64,000 bases of DNA, taken from a phage. Positions 27,796-38,371 of this stretch are shown here, piece by piece. The stretch is taken from the sequence record OZ335959.1. The stretch is one strand, 5' to 3'. Below the pieces are notes generated by a model. That model saw only the letters and a program-made list of their open reading frames with translations. It searched no databases and was not told where the DNA came from. How positions within the stretch are numbered: the first letter of the stretch is position 1; each line of letters begins with the position of its first letter. The position numbers and the translations under genes are program-made.

Positions 27796-29222
27796 TAAAA
27801 TTTTAATTCATTTGCCAAAGCATCTAACTGAGCCCGAGCGGATTCGTTTCTTTGATAGCGATTCTGTTCAGCCTGAATCTGCTGTGAACCTGCTACTTCG
27901 TTCACTTCGGTTGGAGTAGAATCTTGTTCAATTTCTACCCATTTCTGATTTCCTTTTTGAACACCCATCAAAAACTTATTCCATTTATTCTTATCACCAT
28001 ATCGTGATTTGATTTGCTTAATGAGTTGTTGTTCAGCAGCTGCTAACTCCTCGGTTTCAATGACCGCAAGCATAAAATCAGCTGTTGCTGGAAGACCGGC
28101 AGATTCTGCAATATCGCTCATGTTAACATCAGAAGAATCCCAAGCTTGCTTACCAACCTGTGCTGCGGTCCAAAGAACAGTTTCAGTTTCAACAGCCAGA
28201 GCACGCAATTCTTCTGCGATGGCTTTAACAGTTGTGTAACTATTTTCTGAATAAACTCTGATGCGGCAAGATTTACAAATACCTAGATAGTCAACAATAA
28301 TGATTGTTGGAACAAAATTCTTCTTGAGCTTCAATTCATTCAAGAGAGACCTGAATGTATTAGCGTCTGCTCCACCAGTAGGATACTGTTTAACGATTAA
28401 ACGACCGAGAGTAGATTTCTCACGCCATTTTTCCATTTTTCCTTTATATTCAGCGTAAGAAATATGCCCATCATCAATGTCATCAAGAGAAACATCAAGC
28501 ATATTAGCATCAATACGCTTAGCACAGACTTCTTCTGCCATTTCCATGGAAATGTAAAGAACATTATGTCCGAGCTGCAAATAATCTGCTGCCAATGAAC
28601 ACAATCCTAATGACTTACCGACGTTAACACCAGCCATTAAAACGTTCAGTGTTCCAGTTTCAGCTCCGCCTTTAGTAATTTTATTTAGAATTTTGAGTTT
28701 AAATGGAACCTTACGAGCTTTATTCATATAAGATAGCCAACGTGCTTCGTAGTCATCCATCCAATCATGACCAACGTAACTATCAAATGAAATTGATAAT
28801 GCTTGACGCATGATGTCAGGAATAGCACCTACATCTGGCATTTTCTTATTTCGTTTTTCCGGAGGAAGCTCAGCATTAGTTTGAATTTCAATTATTTTAG
28901 ACGTAGCATTAAACATCGCCCTTTGCTGAACATATTTTTCTGTTTCTTTTACTAACCAGCTGTGGTCTTCTGGAGAATCGGCTAGTTTCGAAATAAGTGT
29001 TTTTACACCAGAATATTCTGTTTCAGTAAATGAACTATTTTCTAATGCAACATTTAACGCATTAATAGATGGAACGCTATGGTACTCATTAACATGAGAT
29101 TTAATTAATTTGAATGTATTTTTAGCTGGACCACTTTCAAAATATTCTGAATCCATATATGGCCAAACTTTTGAAAAATAAGCTTGATCAAATATGAGAT
29201 GAGAAAGAATAATTTCTACCAC
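27795..29222 (-). CDS. 41: Replicative DNA helicase gp41 (DnaB-like)
   Basis: 475-aa ORF with Walker A GVNVGKS and DnaB-family architecture; T4 gp41 length. Confidence 0.92.
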   Translation of the reverse strand: MVEIILSHLIFDQAYFSKVWPYMDSEYFESGPAKNTFKLIKSHVNEYHSVPSINALNVALENSSFTETEYSGVKTLISKLADSPEDHSWLVKETEKYVQQRAMFNATSKIIEIQTNAELPPEKRNKKMPDVGAIPDIMRQALSISFDSYVGHDWMDDYEARWLSYMNKARKVPFKLKILNKITKGGAETGTLNVLMAGVNVGKSLGLCSLAADYLQLGHNVLYISMEMAEEVCAKRIDANMLDVSLDDIDDGHISYAEYKGKMEKWREKSTLGRLIVKQYPTGGADANTFRSLLNELKLKKNFVPTIIIVDYLGICKSCRIRVYSENSYTTVKAIAEELRALAVETETVLWTAAQVGKQAWDSSDVNMSDIAESAGLPATADFMLAVIETEELAAAEQQLIKQIKSRYGDKNKWNKFLMGVQKGNQKWVEIEQDSTPTEVNEVAGSQQIQAEQNRYQRNESARAQLDALANELKF

Positions 29223-29231
29223 ACTTACTCC

Positions 29232-29594
29232 TTAAAAGAATTTAAATTTTTTCTTTGACCTTTTATTAAATGCATCTTGTAGTTGCATTGTAATACATTT
29301 TTCTACATGAGGAGCTAACTCAGCTTTTCTTTCTTGGTCAAGAACAGCAAAGTCCATTACGACTTTTCCATCAACCCAATCTAATTTTGTCACATACACA
29401 ATGTGTGTAGAACCGTCTTCTAGTTTAATGACAATCTCCTGGATAACATTTTCCATGGCAGATTTAATTATCTTAAGAGATTCATTAAAAAGACGTTCTT
29501 TTCTTTCTTCTTCCCCCTCCGAAGAGGGGGATTCATCGATAATTTCTAGATCTAAATCTAAATCATCTTTATTCATTAAATTCTTCCATATCAC
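29232..29594 (-). CDS. 40: Acidic protein, 120 aa (gene 40 position)
   Basis: Track ORF between uvsX and 41, as T4 gene 40. Confidence 0.55.
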   Translation of the reverse strand: MIWKNLMNKDDLDLDLEIIDESPSSEGEEERKERLFNESLKIIKSAMENVIQEIVIKLEDGSTHIVYVTKLDWVDGKVVMDFAVLDQERKAELAPHVEKCITMQLQDAFNKRSKKKFKFF

Positions 29595-30750
29595 TTAACT
29601 GATCTAGGTCAGTTTCTAAATCAGCTGCTGATTTACTTTTACTTTCTGGAGATTTAAATTTTTCAACCTTTGAGTTAATCAATTCATCAACTTCAGCTTC
29701 AACAATTTCATTACTATCAATAGCACCTAACTGATAAGCGCGTTTAATAGCATCTCGGAATGGCTGATGCTTAAATAAAGGACCCCAGAATGTAGTGCAA
29801 TTGGTATCTTTTGCACGCCAAGATTTTTCTTCGCGAATCATCTCGCCGGTTTCTTCGTCAAGAAATTCACGAGCATACCAGCCATTTTTAGGTTTTACCA
29901 CAAATCCTAATTCAAGAGCCATATCTAACAATCCAGAATAAGGATCGATGCCACCGTCAAATTTAACATCAATAAAGAATTTACTTTTTTCTTTAACGGT
30001 ACGAGATTTTTCTACATTTAGAACAAATTGATACCCCTGAAGATCAGAACCATCTTTAATCTGGCGCTTACCGATAATGAATACAGTATCAGCCGAATAC
30101 ATTACGCCTGTACCACCTGTCATCACGGTTTTACTAAACATTTCAATTGTTTCAATTGTATGGTTAACCGCAACACACGGAATGTTTTTAATACTAAAAT
30201 AAGGAGTAACAATACGAAATAATGACTTCAGCGATTTAGCACGAGTCATATCTGCCACAGATTTTTCATTCAAGGCATCTTCCGTTTCTTTCTTAGAAGC
30301 CATATTACCGATTGAGTCGATGAATACAATAACTTTTTCACCACGCTCAATAGCTTCAAGCTGATTCACCATATCAATTTTCAGTTGTTCAACTGACTGG
30401 ATTGGGGTATGAATTACTCGTTCCGGGTCAACTCCCATGGATCGCAAATAAGCGGGAGTAATACCAAATTCGCTATCATAGAATAGACATACCGCGTCAG
30501 GATATTTGTTCAAATACGCCGCAACCATAGTCAAAGACATATTTGATTTAAAGTGTTTAGAAGGACCTGCAAAAATGGTTAAACCAGACTGCATACCACC
30601 GTCAATCGCACCTGAAATAGCGATATTAAGCATTGGGATTTTTGTACGGATTACATCCTTTTCATTAAAGAATTTAGATGTAGTCAGTTCAGCAGTCATT
30701 TTAGAAGTGGAAGCTTTAATCAAACGGGATTTTAAATCTGCAATAGACAT
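29569..30750 (-). CDS. uvsX: UvsX recombinase (RecA/Rad51 family)
   Basis: 393-aa ORF MSIADLKSRLIKASTSKMTAELTTSKFFNEKDVIRTKIPMLNIAISGA... with Walker A GPSKHFKS. Confidence 0.93.
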   Translation of the reverse strand: MSIADLKSRLIKASTSKMTAELTTSKFFNEKDVIRTKIPMLNIAISGAIDGGMQSGLTIFAGPSKHFKSNMSLTMVAAYLNKYPDAVCLFYDSEFGITPAYLRSMGVDPERVIHTPIQSVEQLKIDMVNQLEAIERGEKVIVFIDSIGNMASKKETEDALNEKSVADMTRAKSLKSLFRIVTPYFSIKNIPCVAVNHTIETIEMFSKTVMTGGTGVMYSADTVFIIGKRQIKDGSDLQGYQFVLNVEKSRTVKEKSKFFIDVKFDGGIDPYSGLLDMALELGFVVKPKNGWYAREFLDEETGEMIREEKSWRAKDTNCTTFWGPLFKHQPFRDAIKRAYQLGAIDSNEIVEAEVDELINSKVEKFKSPESKSKSAADLETDLDQLSDMEEFNE

Positions 30751-30827
30751 TCATTTTTTCCATAGGCATCATTATATTTTCCTCACTGGTTAAAGATAGA
30801 GTAATTATAACACAATAAATTTAGGCA

Positions 30828-31676
30828 TTAATCAACTGCTATTGGATGAATAGCATTAAACTTATGAAACGCTTCTGATTTTTCTTTGCGCGAAACACAC
30901 ATGCGAAGAACCTTTAATGGCTCGTCTTCTTCACCCAACGATTTTCTCTTTTCAATATTTGATGTTTTCCAACGAGCTTGCTCTGGAAACTCTCTATTGA
31001 TTTGCTCAAGAGCTCTATTATGTTTTGAATTACTACGAATTGAACTACATCCGCCAGGAGCTTGCGCTTTTCCAGATACAACCAGATATTTGAACAAGGC
31101 CAAATGCGGATAACCTTGATTAATTAAATTGAGAAATGCATACATATCTTCGCATAAATCAATTTTTCCATACCCAATTTGTTCTGTTGTAAGTTTTCCA
31201 AGGTCATACCAAGTATTCGTGAATCCATATGAATTTTCACGATAATTACCCCAAGATGAAGTAATTTTAAAAATTGGTAAACGAGCATGACCATGATAAT
31301 ACCCGCAATCCATGGCATCTTCAACGTATTGAATCAATTCATAGAACTGTTCACGGGTTAATTGATTAATTTTATCTACGCAGCGACGATCATCTTTCTT
31401 TCGCATTGAACTCATACGAATAGTAGTATCATCATCAATCATCCAAATTCGTTGACCTGCATACATTTCAGTAATTGCTTTGCGAGTGCCAGCAATTCCA
31501 TTAACATCATCGGGAATAGTTATAATTTTGGCTCTAGACCCGTAAGCGTCATAATAAGCTTTTTCTTCGTGTTCACGTACTACAATATGAGGTTCATAAT
31601 CAGTCGGAAACATATCAAGGGCAGAAACTGCCCCTACGCGTTGATAGCTTGGAATTACGAATTGAATCATTTCCAC
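30828..31676 (-). CDS. Glycosyltransferase, GT-A-like with DxD motif (candidate beta-glucosyl-HMC alpha-glucosyltransferase)
   Basis: 282-aa ORF with RIWMIDDDTT; occupies the uvsX-42 interval where T4 has beta-gt, but is not T4 beta-gt. Confidence 0.6.
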   Translation of the reverse strand: MEMIQFVIPSYQRVGAVSALDMFPTDYEPHIVVREHEEKAYYDAYGSRAKIITIPDDVNGIAGTRKAITEMYAGQRIWMIDDDTTIRMSSMRKKDDRRCVDKINQLTREQFYELIQYVEDAMDCGYYHGHARLPIFKITSSWGNYRENSYGFTNTWYDLGKLTTEQIGYGKIDLCEDMYAFLNLINQGYPHLALFKYLVVSGKAQAPGGCSSIRSNSKHNRALEQINREFPEQARWKTSNIEKRKSLGEEDEPLKVLRMCVSRKEKSEAFHKFNAIHPIAVD

Positions 31677-32407
31677 TCACCATTATAATCTTTTTTCGCA
31701 ATATGAGTTTCGCCAGTTTTCCACCAATGGTCAACCAAATAAAAATGACGGGAATACACATGAAGGCTTCCGACATTCCATATAATGGAACCTGCTTTAT
31801 ACTGACGAGTTGAATCACCTGCATTCAAATCAGATACTAATTTATCTAGTACGTATTTTTGCCATGCATAATCATTACGGAATCCGAAGACTACGTCATT
31901 TGAACGCATGCTTACTACTGCATTGACTTTCTTATCACGAATCAGGTACTGTACTGTATTCGTACACATGAAATCTGACATACCGTCTTTATTGTAGTCA
32001 AACTGCATGGATGGACGAGTATAAATCATGATACCACGTCGAGAATCAGGATTTTGACCAAGCTCAGCTAAACACATATCATACTGGGCATAGTTATCTT
32101 CTGACCAGATGGCCCAACCATAATTCGAGTTAATTTCGCCTTTAGAAGATGCTACCTGTTGCCAAATCTTCGGTGTTTCACCCGGAATATCTTTAACAAA
32201 CAAACTTTTAGATTTATACCATTCAAGTTCACGCTGAATGTATTCATCATTAAGAGCGCCAAAAATAAAAGGTTCATCTGCTACAAATGATGCGCCAATA
32301 ATTTCAATAGTTTTAACACCAGTTTTATCAATTACGAAATCTTTTTCCTTTAACGCAATTCCCAAATGAAGACGAGTTTCTTCAACTGTCAAAGAGTCAT
32401 TAATCAT
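31667..32407 (-). CDS. 42: dCMP hydroxymethylase gp42
   Basis: 246-aa ORF MINDSLTVEETRLHLGIALKEKDFVIDKTGVKTIEIIGASF...; thymidylate-synthase-like fold; T4 gp42 length. Confidence 0.92.
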   Translation of the reverse strand: MINDSLTVEETRLHLGIALKEKDFVIDKTGVKTIEIIGASFVADEPFIFGALNDEYIQRELEWYKSKSLFVKDIPGETPKIWQQVASSKGEINSNYGWAIWSEDNYAQYDMCLAELGQNPDSRRGIMIYTRPSMQFDYNKDGMSDFMCTNTVQYLIRDKKVNAVVSMRSNDVVFGFRNDYAWQKYVLDKLVSDLNAGDSTRQYKAGSIIWNVGSLHVYSRHFYLVDHWWKTGETHIAKKDYNGEWK

Positions 32408-32414
32408 TTAAACC

Positions 32415-32564
32415 TCAATTGATGCATTCATATTTAACTTGTAACAGTAATAAACCCCAACCTATAATAAGTGTCGGAATCATACAAGGAACCGTTACGC
32501 TATAGTATATACTTATTATAATCATCAAGATTAAAAGCAATACTGCTAAAATTTTGCTTTTCAT
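32415..32564 (-). CDS. Small membrane protein, 49 aa
   Basis: Hand-translated MKSKILAVLLLILMIIISIYYSVTVPCMIPTLIIGWGLLLLQVKYECIN; ATG overlaps imm TGA. Confidence 0.4.
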   Translation of the reverse strand: MKSKILAVLLLILMIIISIYYSVTVPCMIPTLIIGWGLLLLQVKYECIN

Positions 32565-32812
32565 TCCTTCTCTCTGATGATAATTACTTGATTTTGCTGT
32601 GCAGATTTTTTAGTTTCACCAGCAATTGACCAAATAAAGGTAATAAACCAACCAATAATTGACCAGTTAAACAGTAAAGATGTGAAAAAGATTCCTACTG
32701 TCGATTTTGACCCGCGCATCAAGGCGATGAACCACGGAAGCATGTATATAATAATAGCCAACACGCCTGAAACTAAAACCATAAAAATTGAACCTGCTAC
32801 TAAAGTTTCCAT
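32561..32812 (-). CDS. imm: Imm superinfection immunity membrane protein
   Basis: 83-aa ORF METLVAGSIFMVLVSGVLAIIIYMLPWFIALMRGSKSTVGIFFTSLLFNWSIIGWFITF... recognised as T4 Imm. Confidence 0.9.
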   Translation of the reverse strand: METLVAGSIFMVLVSGVLAIIIYMLPWFIALMRGSKSTVGIFFTSLLFNWSIIGWFITFIWSIAGETKKSAQQNQVIIIREKE

Positions 32813-32819
32813 GTTTTCC

Positions 32820-33200
32820 TCACTTAGTCAAATTTTTTACACATGAATTATAAGAATTCACTACATACTCCATCGGAGCATTTTTACCAGTACGCCATTG
32901 GTAATTATTAGCCCAATTAGCCCAAAGTTCAGCACAGTAGTTTTCAATTTTTTCTTCGCGTGTAATTACATCTGAATTACGATACGCTTGAGCAGATTCA
33001 TCTGGACGAATAGCTTCGTCAAAATTCGCCTGCATTTGTTCTACTGTCTGTTTTGGAGCCTCTTTATAACACTTAACATTAGGATTATAAAATTTGCTTG
33101 AACAATTTACAATTTTTCCTACATCAGATTGATTTACTACCGGTCCTTGAGCTACACAACCAGTAAGACCCAACGCAATAACCAAAATAGCGATTTTCAT
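32820..33200 (-). CDS. Lipoprotein, 126 aa
   Basis: Signal peptide plus lipobox MKIAILVIALGLTGC; Cys-containing mature part. Confidence 0.6.
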   Translation of the reverse strand: MKIAILVIALGLTGCVAQGPVVNQSDVGKIVNCSSKFYNPNVKCYKEAPKQTVEQMQANFDEAIRPDESAQAYRNSDVITREEKIENYCAELWANWANNYQWRTGKNAPMEYVVNSYNSCVKNLTK

Positions 33201-33210
33201 AATAATTTCC

Positions 33211-33468
33211 TCAAATACAAGTAGTAATTACTCCAGTAGTGCTTACACAGGTATTACCTAATTGAACACCAAGCGTTCCATTAGTATTCATATGAAGATT
33301 ATCATCAATTTTTGTTGATACTTTACCATTCATGTGAATAACAGTATTAGATTCAATCACATTCTGAGTGTCATTTTCAATATCAATAAATGGAACAGCT
33401 GCTAATGCAACTAGAACAACTGCTAATGCAACTAAACACGCTGCTAAACAACCATAAACAATTTTCAT
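33211..33468 (-). CDS. Small membrane-anchored protein, about 85 aa (trimmed)
   Basis: Track ORF 33211-33579 includes the promoter; ATG at 33466-33468; product starts MKIVYGCLAACLVALAVVLVALAAVPF. Confidence 0.5.
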   Translation of the reverse strand: MKIVYGCLAACLVALAVVLVALAAVPFIDIENDTQNVIESNTVIHMNGKVSTKIDDNLHMNTNGTLGVQLGNTCVSTTGVITTCI

Positions 33469-33502
33469 TTTATTCTCCAAATCCGTATCAGTTGATAGTT
33501 GT

Positions 33503-33532
33503 ATAGTACCATGGAAGAACAGAGATGTAAAC
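33503..33532 (-). promoter_or_regulatory. Early promoter
   Basis: Minus strand GTTTAC, 18 bp, TACTAT; member of the repeat module family. Confidence 0.55.
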
Positions 33533-33613
33533 GGTTTTGTGAAAAAATTTTTTAATGAATTTACAGGACCTAGAATCATCTGTTTTTCATAAGTATAGAT
33601 TTATATTACTTGT

Positions 33614-33637
33614 ATGAAAAAGGGACCCGGAGGTCCC
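33614..33637 (-). terminator. Rho-independent terminator downstream of gene 43
   Basis: Minus strand GGGACC-TCCG-GGTCCC followed by TTTTTCA. Confidence 0.6.
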
Positions 33638-33650
33638 TAGATTTATTCTA

Positions 33651-36347
33651 TCAGCCAAACAGGAAGTCTAACGAAGCTTTTTCCTCATAGTCCATACCTG
33701 CTGATTCACACATACCCGCAAGCGGTTTAACAAACGATTTTTGGAACAAAGTTGAGTAGTCAATCCAAGACAGTACGTCAGAACGAATTTCTTTTGGAAG
33801 TTCTGTGCCTGATGGCCAAGCAATGCACTTATCACCAAATGGATTTCCTTCACGTAATGGAAGAACCATTACCTTATTTCCATCCAAAATTGGAGCTACG
33901 CCTAAACCGTTAACAGCTCGACGATAAGTTAGTACACCACGAATATGGAATGGACATTTAAATCCTGGCCAACCTTTATCATCATATTTCGCTATATCGT
34001 TCGCAGTTTTTACTTCAGCAATAACTTTATAGTCAAGTTGACGATATTCTTTCTCAAAGTTCTTGTAGTATTCTTGGACAGACTCTTCGCCTTCCTGAAG
34101 AATACGACGAATACTTTCTTCGAGAGCTTCTTGTACTGCTTTTGGTGTTGAGCTCTGCTGAGTTTCCATACCCATGATTTTTAGATGCGGTTCGGCAAAT
34201 CGCTTATCTTCCATATCATAAACGTTCAGAGCATAACGTTTTTTCGCTTTCCAAAATCCACCAACACCCTTTGAACCAAGCGGAGGGCAAGAAATAGCTT
34301 CACGGTCCATATGCATCAGATGCTCGCGGTTATTCATATAATCACATAACTCACGATATGCAACATCAATCATAGGTTCCATCTTTTTCTTACCAAACTG
34401 ATTCATGAATTCAACTAAATCATTTTGTTCTTTAAAGCGATCAAGACCTACTTTTTCAATAACTTTATCTACACAAACATATACCGAATCAGTATCACCT
34501 GCTGCGATGAAATCTTCACCATTAGTTCCACACACTTTATTTAGATATTCATTAATTTTGCGAGCAATCCACTGAATACCAACTTGACCGAAAATTGTGA
34601 TAGCAGTAGCATTTCGCAAATCATAGTAACGGAAATGAATATTACCAAGAGCACCATAAAGACTGTTAATAAGAATTTTACGGTTCAGCTGATTTGTGTT
34701 AGCAAGCGTAGCTGCTTTTTCACATTCTTCGATCAGACTATTAAGAACAGATTCGGTGTAATTCGATAATTCGTTTAAGAAATCATCACTGAACTTAACA
34801 TATCGTTCAACTTCCGGTTTATTTGAACAAGACCCTGCACCTTTCATAATAATCTTTTTAATAGCTTCGGCATTCATTTCTTCAGCGAACATTTTCTTTT
34901 TCCAATCTTTACGCTGGAAAAATACTTTAGCGATTTCCTTTGGAATGATACCTTCTTGATGCTTATCATACATCCATCCATTCGGAGAGCAAGAATATTC
35001 ATCACTTGGCTTAGGAGCTGTTCCTGCGATATATTCATGAATTGGATGAACTTTAAACTGCCCACGAATAGTCTCAGGACTAATGTTAACCTGACGAATA
35101 ATGCTAGGATATAGAGACGTCAAGTCAAAACTCATAATGTATCGACGAGCAATCGGTTTAGGTTCAAACACAAATGCACCTGGAAAACTCTGTTTAACGT
35201 GCGAACCTTGTTGAGGAATAACCTTATGTTCACCTTTCAGTGAGTTAAAAATAATAGCGTCCCAAGTTTTAATAGGACTCATTACACCAGAAAAAGGCAT
35301 TTTAGCGTAATAAGACATACTTAAAACTAGATCGATAAACCCACGAATTTTATCAATTGCTTGAACTGATTCTACGTCAATGATGTTATAACTAATGTAT
35401 CGTTGATGATTAGTCTCACGAAGTTTATTAATAGGACCATCGTACGGCAATTTACCTTTTTTGGTTTCATGTTGAGCAACTGATTCCAAAGAGAACGATG
35501 GCAAATTAGTAAATGCGAATTTCTTGTACAAATCTAAATAATCAAGAATAGATACGCCATCAATAGAATAAATTTCTTTACTACCGTACATATTTTGAAT
35601 TAGTTTAGATTTTACTCGACCGATTGGAGAGAAACGTTTCATACTACGTTCACCGAGAACCATTTTAACACGATTCATGATATACGGAACGTCAAATCCC
35701 TCAATATTCCAACCAGTAAAAATAGCAGGTCGTTTCTGTTCCCAGAGATTAATATATTCCATGAGCATATCACGCTCATTATCAAATGGCATATAAATTA
35801 CTCGGTCAAGAATTTCTTGAGGAACTTCATCACCACCTTCACAGTCAAGCTTAGCAGCTAACTTTGCATCCCATTTTGATACTGAGCCGTACATTGAATT
35901 CAATAAATCAAAGACGTAAAAACGATCGTCAATTGAATCATAATGAGTGATAGCATCAATTTCATATTCTGCTTTCATTGGGTCAGGAAATTTATCACCA
36001 GTAACCTCAATGTCACAGTTAGCTACACGAACAAATTTTCGGTCATAAACAATTTCTGAACCATATGTATCACTGATATAAGCGAGTTTAAAATCGTTCA
36101 TACCAAGAGCTTCGAGACCGATGTCTTCCATTCGTTTCATCCAGTCTCGTGCATCTTTCATTGATGGAAATTTTTGAGGAGCACAATTTTTACCATAAAT
36201 GTCTTTGTATTTTGACTCTTCCTTACAATGCCTAAACATAGTCGGAAGATATTCTACTTCACGGGTACGTTCCTTTCCATTTTCATCAATATAACGCTCA
36301 ACAATATTATTTCCGACTGTTTCGATAGAGATATAAAATTCTTTCAT
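33651..36347 (-). CDS. 43: DNA polymerase gp43 (family B, with 3'-5' exonuclease)
   Basis: 898-aa ORF MKEFYISIETVGNNIVERYIDENGKERTREVEYLPTMF... with exo and pol motifs (DxxSLYPS, YGDTDS); T4 gp43 length. Confidence 0.95.
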   Translation of the reverse strand: MKEFYISIETVGNNIVERYIDENGKERTREVEYLPTMFRHCKEESKYKDIYGKNCAPQKFPSMKDARDWMKRMEDIGLEALGMNDFKLAYISDTYGSEIVYDRKFVRVANCDIEVTGDKFPDPMKAEYEIDAITHYDSIDDRFYVFDLLNSMYGSVSKWDAKLAAKLDCEGGDEVPQEILDRVIYMPFDNERDMLMEYINLWEQKRPAIFTGWNIEGFDVPYIMNRVKMVLGERSMKRFSPIGRVKSKLIQNMYGSKEIYSIDGVSILDYLDLYKKFAFTNLPSFSLESVAQHETKKGKLPYDGPINKLRETNHQRYISYNIIDVESVQAIDKIRGFIDLVLSMSYYAKMPFSGVMSPIKTWDAIIFNSLKGEHKVIPQQGSHVKQSFPGAFVFEPKPIARRYIMSFDLTSLYPSIIRQVNISPETIRGQFKVHPIHEYIAGTAPKPSDEYSCSPNGWMYDKHQEGIIPKEIAKVFFQRKDWKKKMFAEEMNAEAIKKIIMKGAGSCSNKPEVERYVKFSDDFLNELSNYTESVLNSLIEECEKAATLANTNQLNRKILINSLYGALGNIHFRYYDLRNATAITIFGQVGIQWIARKINEYLNKVCGTNGEDFIAAGDTDSVYVCVDKVIEKVGLDRFKEQNDLVEFMNQFGKKKMEPMIDVAYRELCDYMNNREHLMHMDREAISCPPLGSKGVGGFWKAKKRYALNVYDMEDKRFAEPHLKIMGMETQQSSTPKAVQEALEESIRRILQEGEESVQEYYKNFEKEYRQLDYKVIAEVKTANDIAKYDDKGWPGFKCPFHIRGVLTYRRAVNGLGVAPILDGNKVMVLPLREGNPFGDKCIAWPSGTELPKEIRSDVLSWIDYSTLFQKSFVKPLAGMCESAGMDYEEKASLDFLFG

Positions 36348-36425
36348 AGATATTCCTTAGTTTATAGCCCGAGTTATTAGGCTCTTGATATATTATACTC
36401 CAAATAAGGGGCCGAAGCCCCTTGC

Positions 36426-36794
36426 TTAATTACCAATCGTATATTTTGGAACGAGTTTCCATTCATGTTTTTGTTTAAAAGAAATAACTCGGAAGTTATT
36501 AGTTAAATCTTTCATAAAAGTTCTTTGACCAGGAACGATTTCAATCAGTCCCCAATCTTCTAACAGCCACGCAATCGAATCACGACGAACTTCATCTTCT
36601 TCTGTCATTTCAACCTGACGGCCATCCATACGAAGCATTTCTTTAAAATGAACGATATAGTATAGTCCTTTTTTCTGAAGAATGTGGCAGGACTGATACA
36701 GAACTTTATCTTTATTATTAGCAATTCCCATACGAGTCAAGGTTTCTTTTACTTTCAGAAAATCTTCAGGTTTTTTAAGAGTAATTTCAATCAT
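36426..36794 (-). CDS. regA: Translational repressor RegA
   Basis: 122-aa ORF MIEITLKKPEDFLKVKETLTRMGIANNKDKVLYQSCHILQKKGLYYIVHFKEM...; T4 RegA length and position. Confidence 0.9.
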   Translation of the reverse strand: MIEITLKKPEDFLKVKETLTRMGIANNKDKVLYQSCHILQKKGLYYIVHFKEMLRMDGRQVEMTEEDEVRRDSIAWLLEDWGLIEIVPGQRTFMKDLTNNFRVISFKQKHEWKLVPKYTIGN

Positions 36795-36795
36795 T

Positions 36796-37359
36796 TTACC
36801 ATTCCAATGCTAGTTTTTTAAGTTGTTTCTGTTCTTTTACGTTCTTAGTCACTTCTTTCAAAAAATCATCCGTGACTAAACCTTTTAGTTCTTTTAATAC
36901 TAAAGGAAGTTTTCCATTTTTAGTAAGAATTGATTTATAGTTAATTGCATCATTTGTATTAACTTGATACCGCTTAGCAAGTAACTTAATAATCAATACT
37001 TCAGTAGAATCTTCGACCAGTTTTGCCCATTTACCATATCTTTTACCACGAGGAACAGCAGCCATCAGATAATTAAAATGGGCTTCATCGCTTAAACCTG
37101 ATCCAATTAAATTCATAGCATATACAGCTGGCATGCATTCAGGAAATTGTGATAATGCATTCTCAACCATGTATTTTGAATAATCTTTTTGAGCAATAGA
37201 GCATTTAGTTTTATTATTAATAGCTCCAATTATTTCAAAAAATTCATTTTCAGCTTTTTCCTTAAAAGAATCAGCAGCAGATTGGACAGCTGTCCAATCT
37301 TTTGAATACCAAGCAACTTGATGCTCGTTTAATTGAATATCATCTTCAAATAAGCTCAT
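36796..37359 (-). CDS. 62: Clamp loader small subunit gp62
   Basis: 187-aa ORF between regA and 44; T4 gp62 length. Confidence 0.85.
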   Translation of the reverse strand: MSLFEDDIQLNEHQVAWYSKDWTAVQSAADSFKEKAENEFFEIIGAINNKTKCSIAQKDYSKYMVENALSQFPECMPAVYAMNLIGSGLSDEAHFNYLMAAVPRGKRYGKWAKLVEDSTEVLIIKLLAKRYQVNTNDAINYKSILTKNGKLPLVLKELKGLVTDDFLKEVTKNVKEQKQLKKLALEW

Positions 37360-37360
37360 A

Positions 37361-38320
37361 TCACTTCCACTGCATTTCGCATGCTAATTGAATGAAAAGA
37401 TATGCTAAATGTAATTCCGTATTAGCCGCAATTCCATGATACTGGTTATTTTCACCAACAATTTCATACATACGAATAATACTTTGCGGAGTTACGCGTG
37501 TATAGATTTCTTCGGCAAGTTTACCTACGAACCACGAATAATCAGCTGCATATTTTGGTGCTAAAGCTCTGAGCTGTTTAACATCTTTATTTTTGAGAGA
37601 CTCAAGAACATCATCAATAGCACCACGATCGTTAGTAACCAGTGATAAAATACCAGCATCCAAAACACCTTTAGATGAATAACTATCGAGCTCGCCGATA
37701 GTTTTACGAAAATCAGGAAAATTCTTTTTAACCAAAGCTGCTACAACTTTCATATCAGCTATAGCAATTCCTTCATGCTTACAGATTTCAGTCAATCGAC
37801 GAATCATCTGCTTCATCATTTCAATTTTATCTTCATCGGTCGGCTGACCGAACGTAATAACTCGGCAGCGTGACTGAAGCGGTTTAATAATACCATCAAT
37901 ATTGTTAGCAGTAATAATAATACTACAGTTTGAACTATAAGCTTCCATAAAGGAACGAAGATGTCGCTGAGACTCTGCTAACCCTGAGCGGTCAAATTCA
38001 TCAATAACGATTACTTTTTGACGACCATCAAATGAAGCTGCACTAGCAAAATTAGTCAAAGGACCACGAACGAAATCAATTTTACAATCTGATCCATTCA
38101 CAAACATCATATCAGCATTTACATCATGACACAATGCTTTTGCTACAGTTGTTTTACCTGTTCCTGGAGAAGGAGAATGAAGAATAATATGTGGAATTTT
38201 ACCTTTACTTGTAATAGATTTAAAGGTTTCTTTATCAAAGGCGGGAAGAATACATTCATCGATAGTAGATGGACGATATTTCTGTTCAAGAATGTGTTCT
38301 TTTTCATTTACAGTAATCAT
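37361..38320 (-). CDS. 44: Clamp loader ATPase gp44 (AAA+)
   Basis: Track ORF trimmed to [25 protein letters not shown]... (319 aa) with SD GAGGAAA; Walker [11 protein letters not shown] and SRC motif. Confidence 0.92.
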   Translation of the reverse strand: MITVNEKEHILEQKYRPSTIDECILPAFDKETFKSITSKGKIPHIILHSPSPGTGKTTVAKALCHDVNADMMFVNGSDCKIDFVRGPLTNFASAASFDGRQKVIVIDEFDRSGLAESQRHLRSFMEAYSSNCSIIITANNIDGIIKPLQSRCRVITFGQPTDEDKIEMMKQMIRRLTEICKHEGIAIADMKVVAALVKKNFPDFRKTIGELDSYSSKGVLDAGILSLVTNDRGAIDDVLESLKNKDVKQLRALAPKYAADYSWFVGKLAEEIYTRVTPQSIIRMYEIVGENNQYHGIAANTELHLAYLFIQLACEMQWK

Positions 38321-38352
38321 AATTTCCTCATTCAAGTTTTAGTGTAAATTAT

Positions 38353-38370
38353 AAAGGGCCGAAGCCCTTT
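38353..38370 (-). promoter_or_regulatory. Intercistronic stem-loop between 45 and 44 (GGGC-TTCG-GCCC)
   Basis: Perfect hairpin in the 45-44 spacer; no U run follows, so likely an RNA stability or coupling element rather than a full terminator. Confidence 0.5.
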
Positions 38371-38371
38371 A

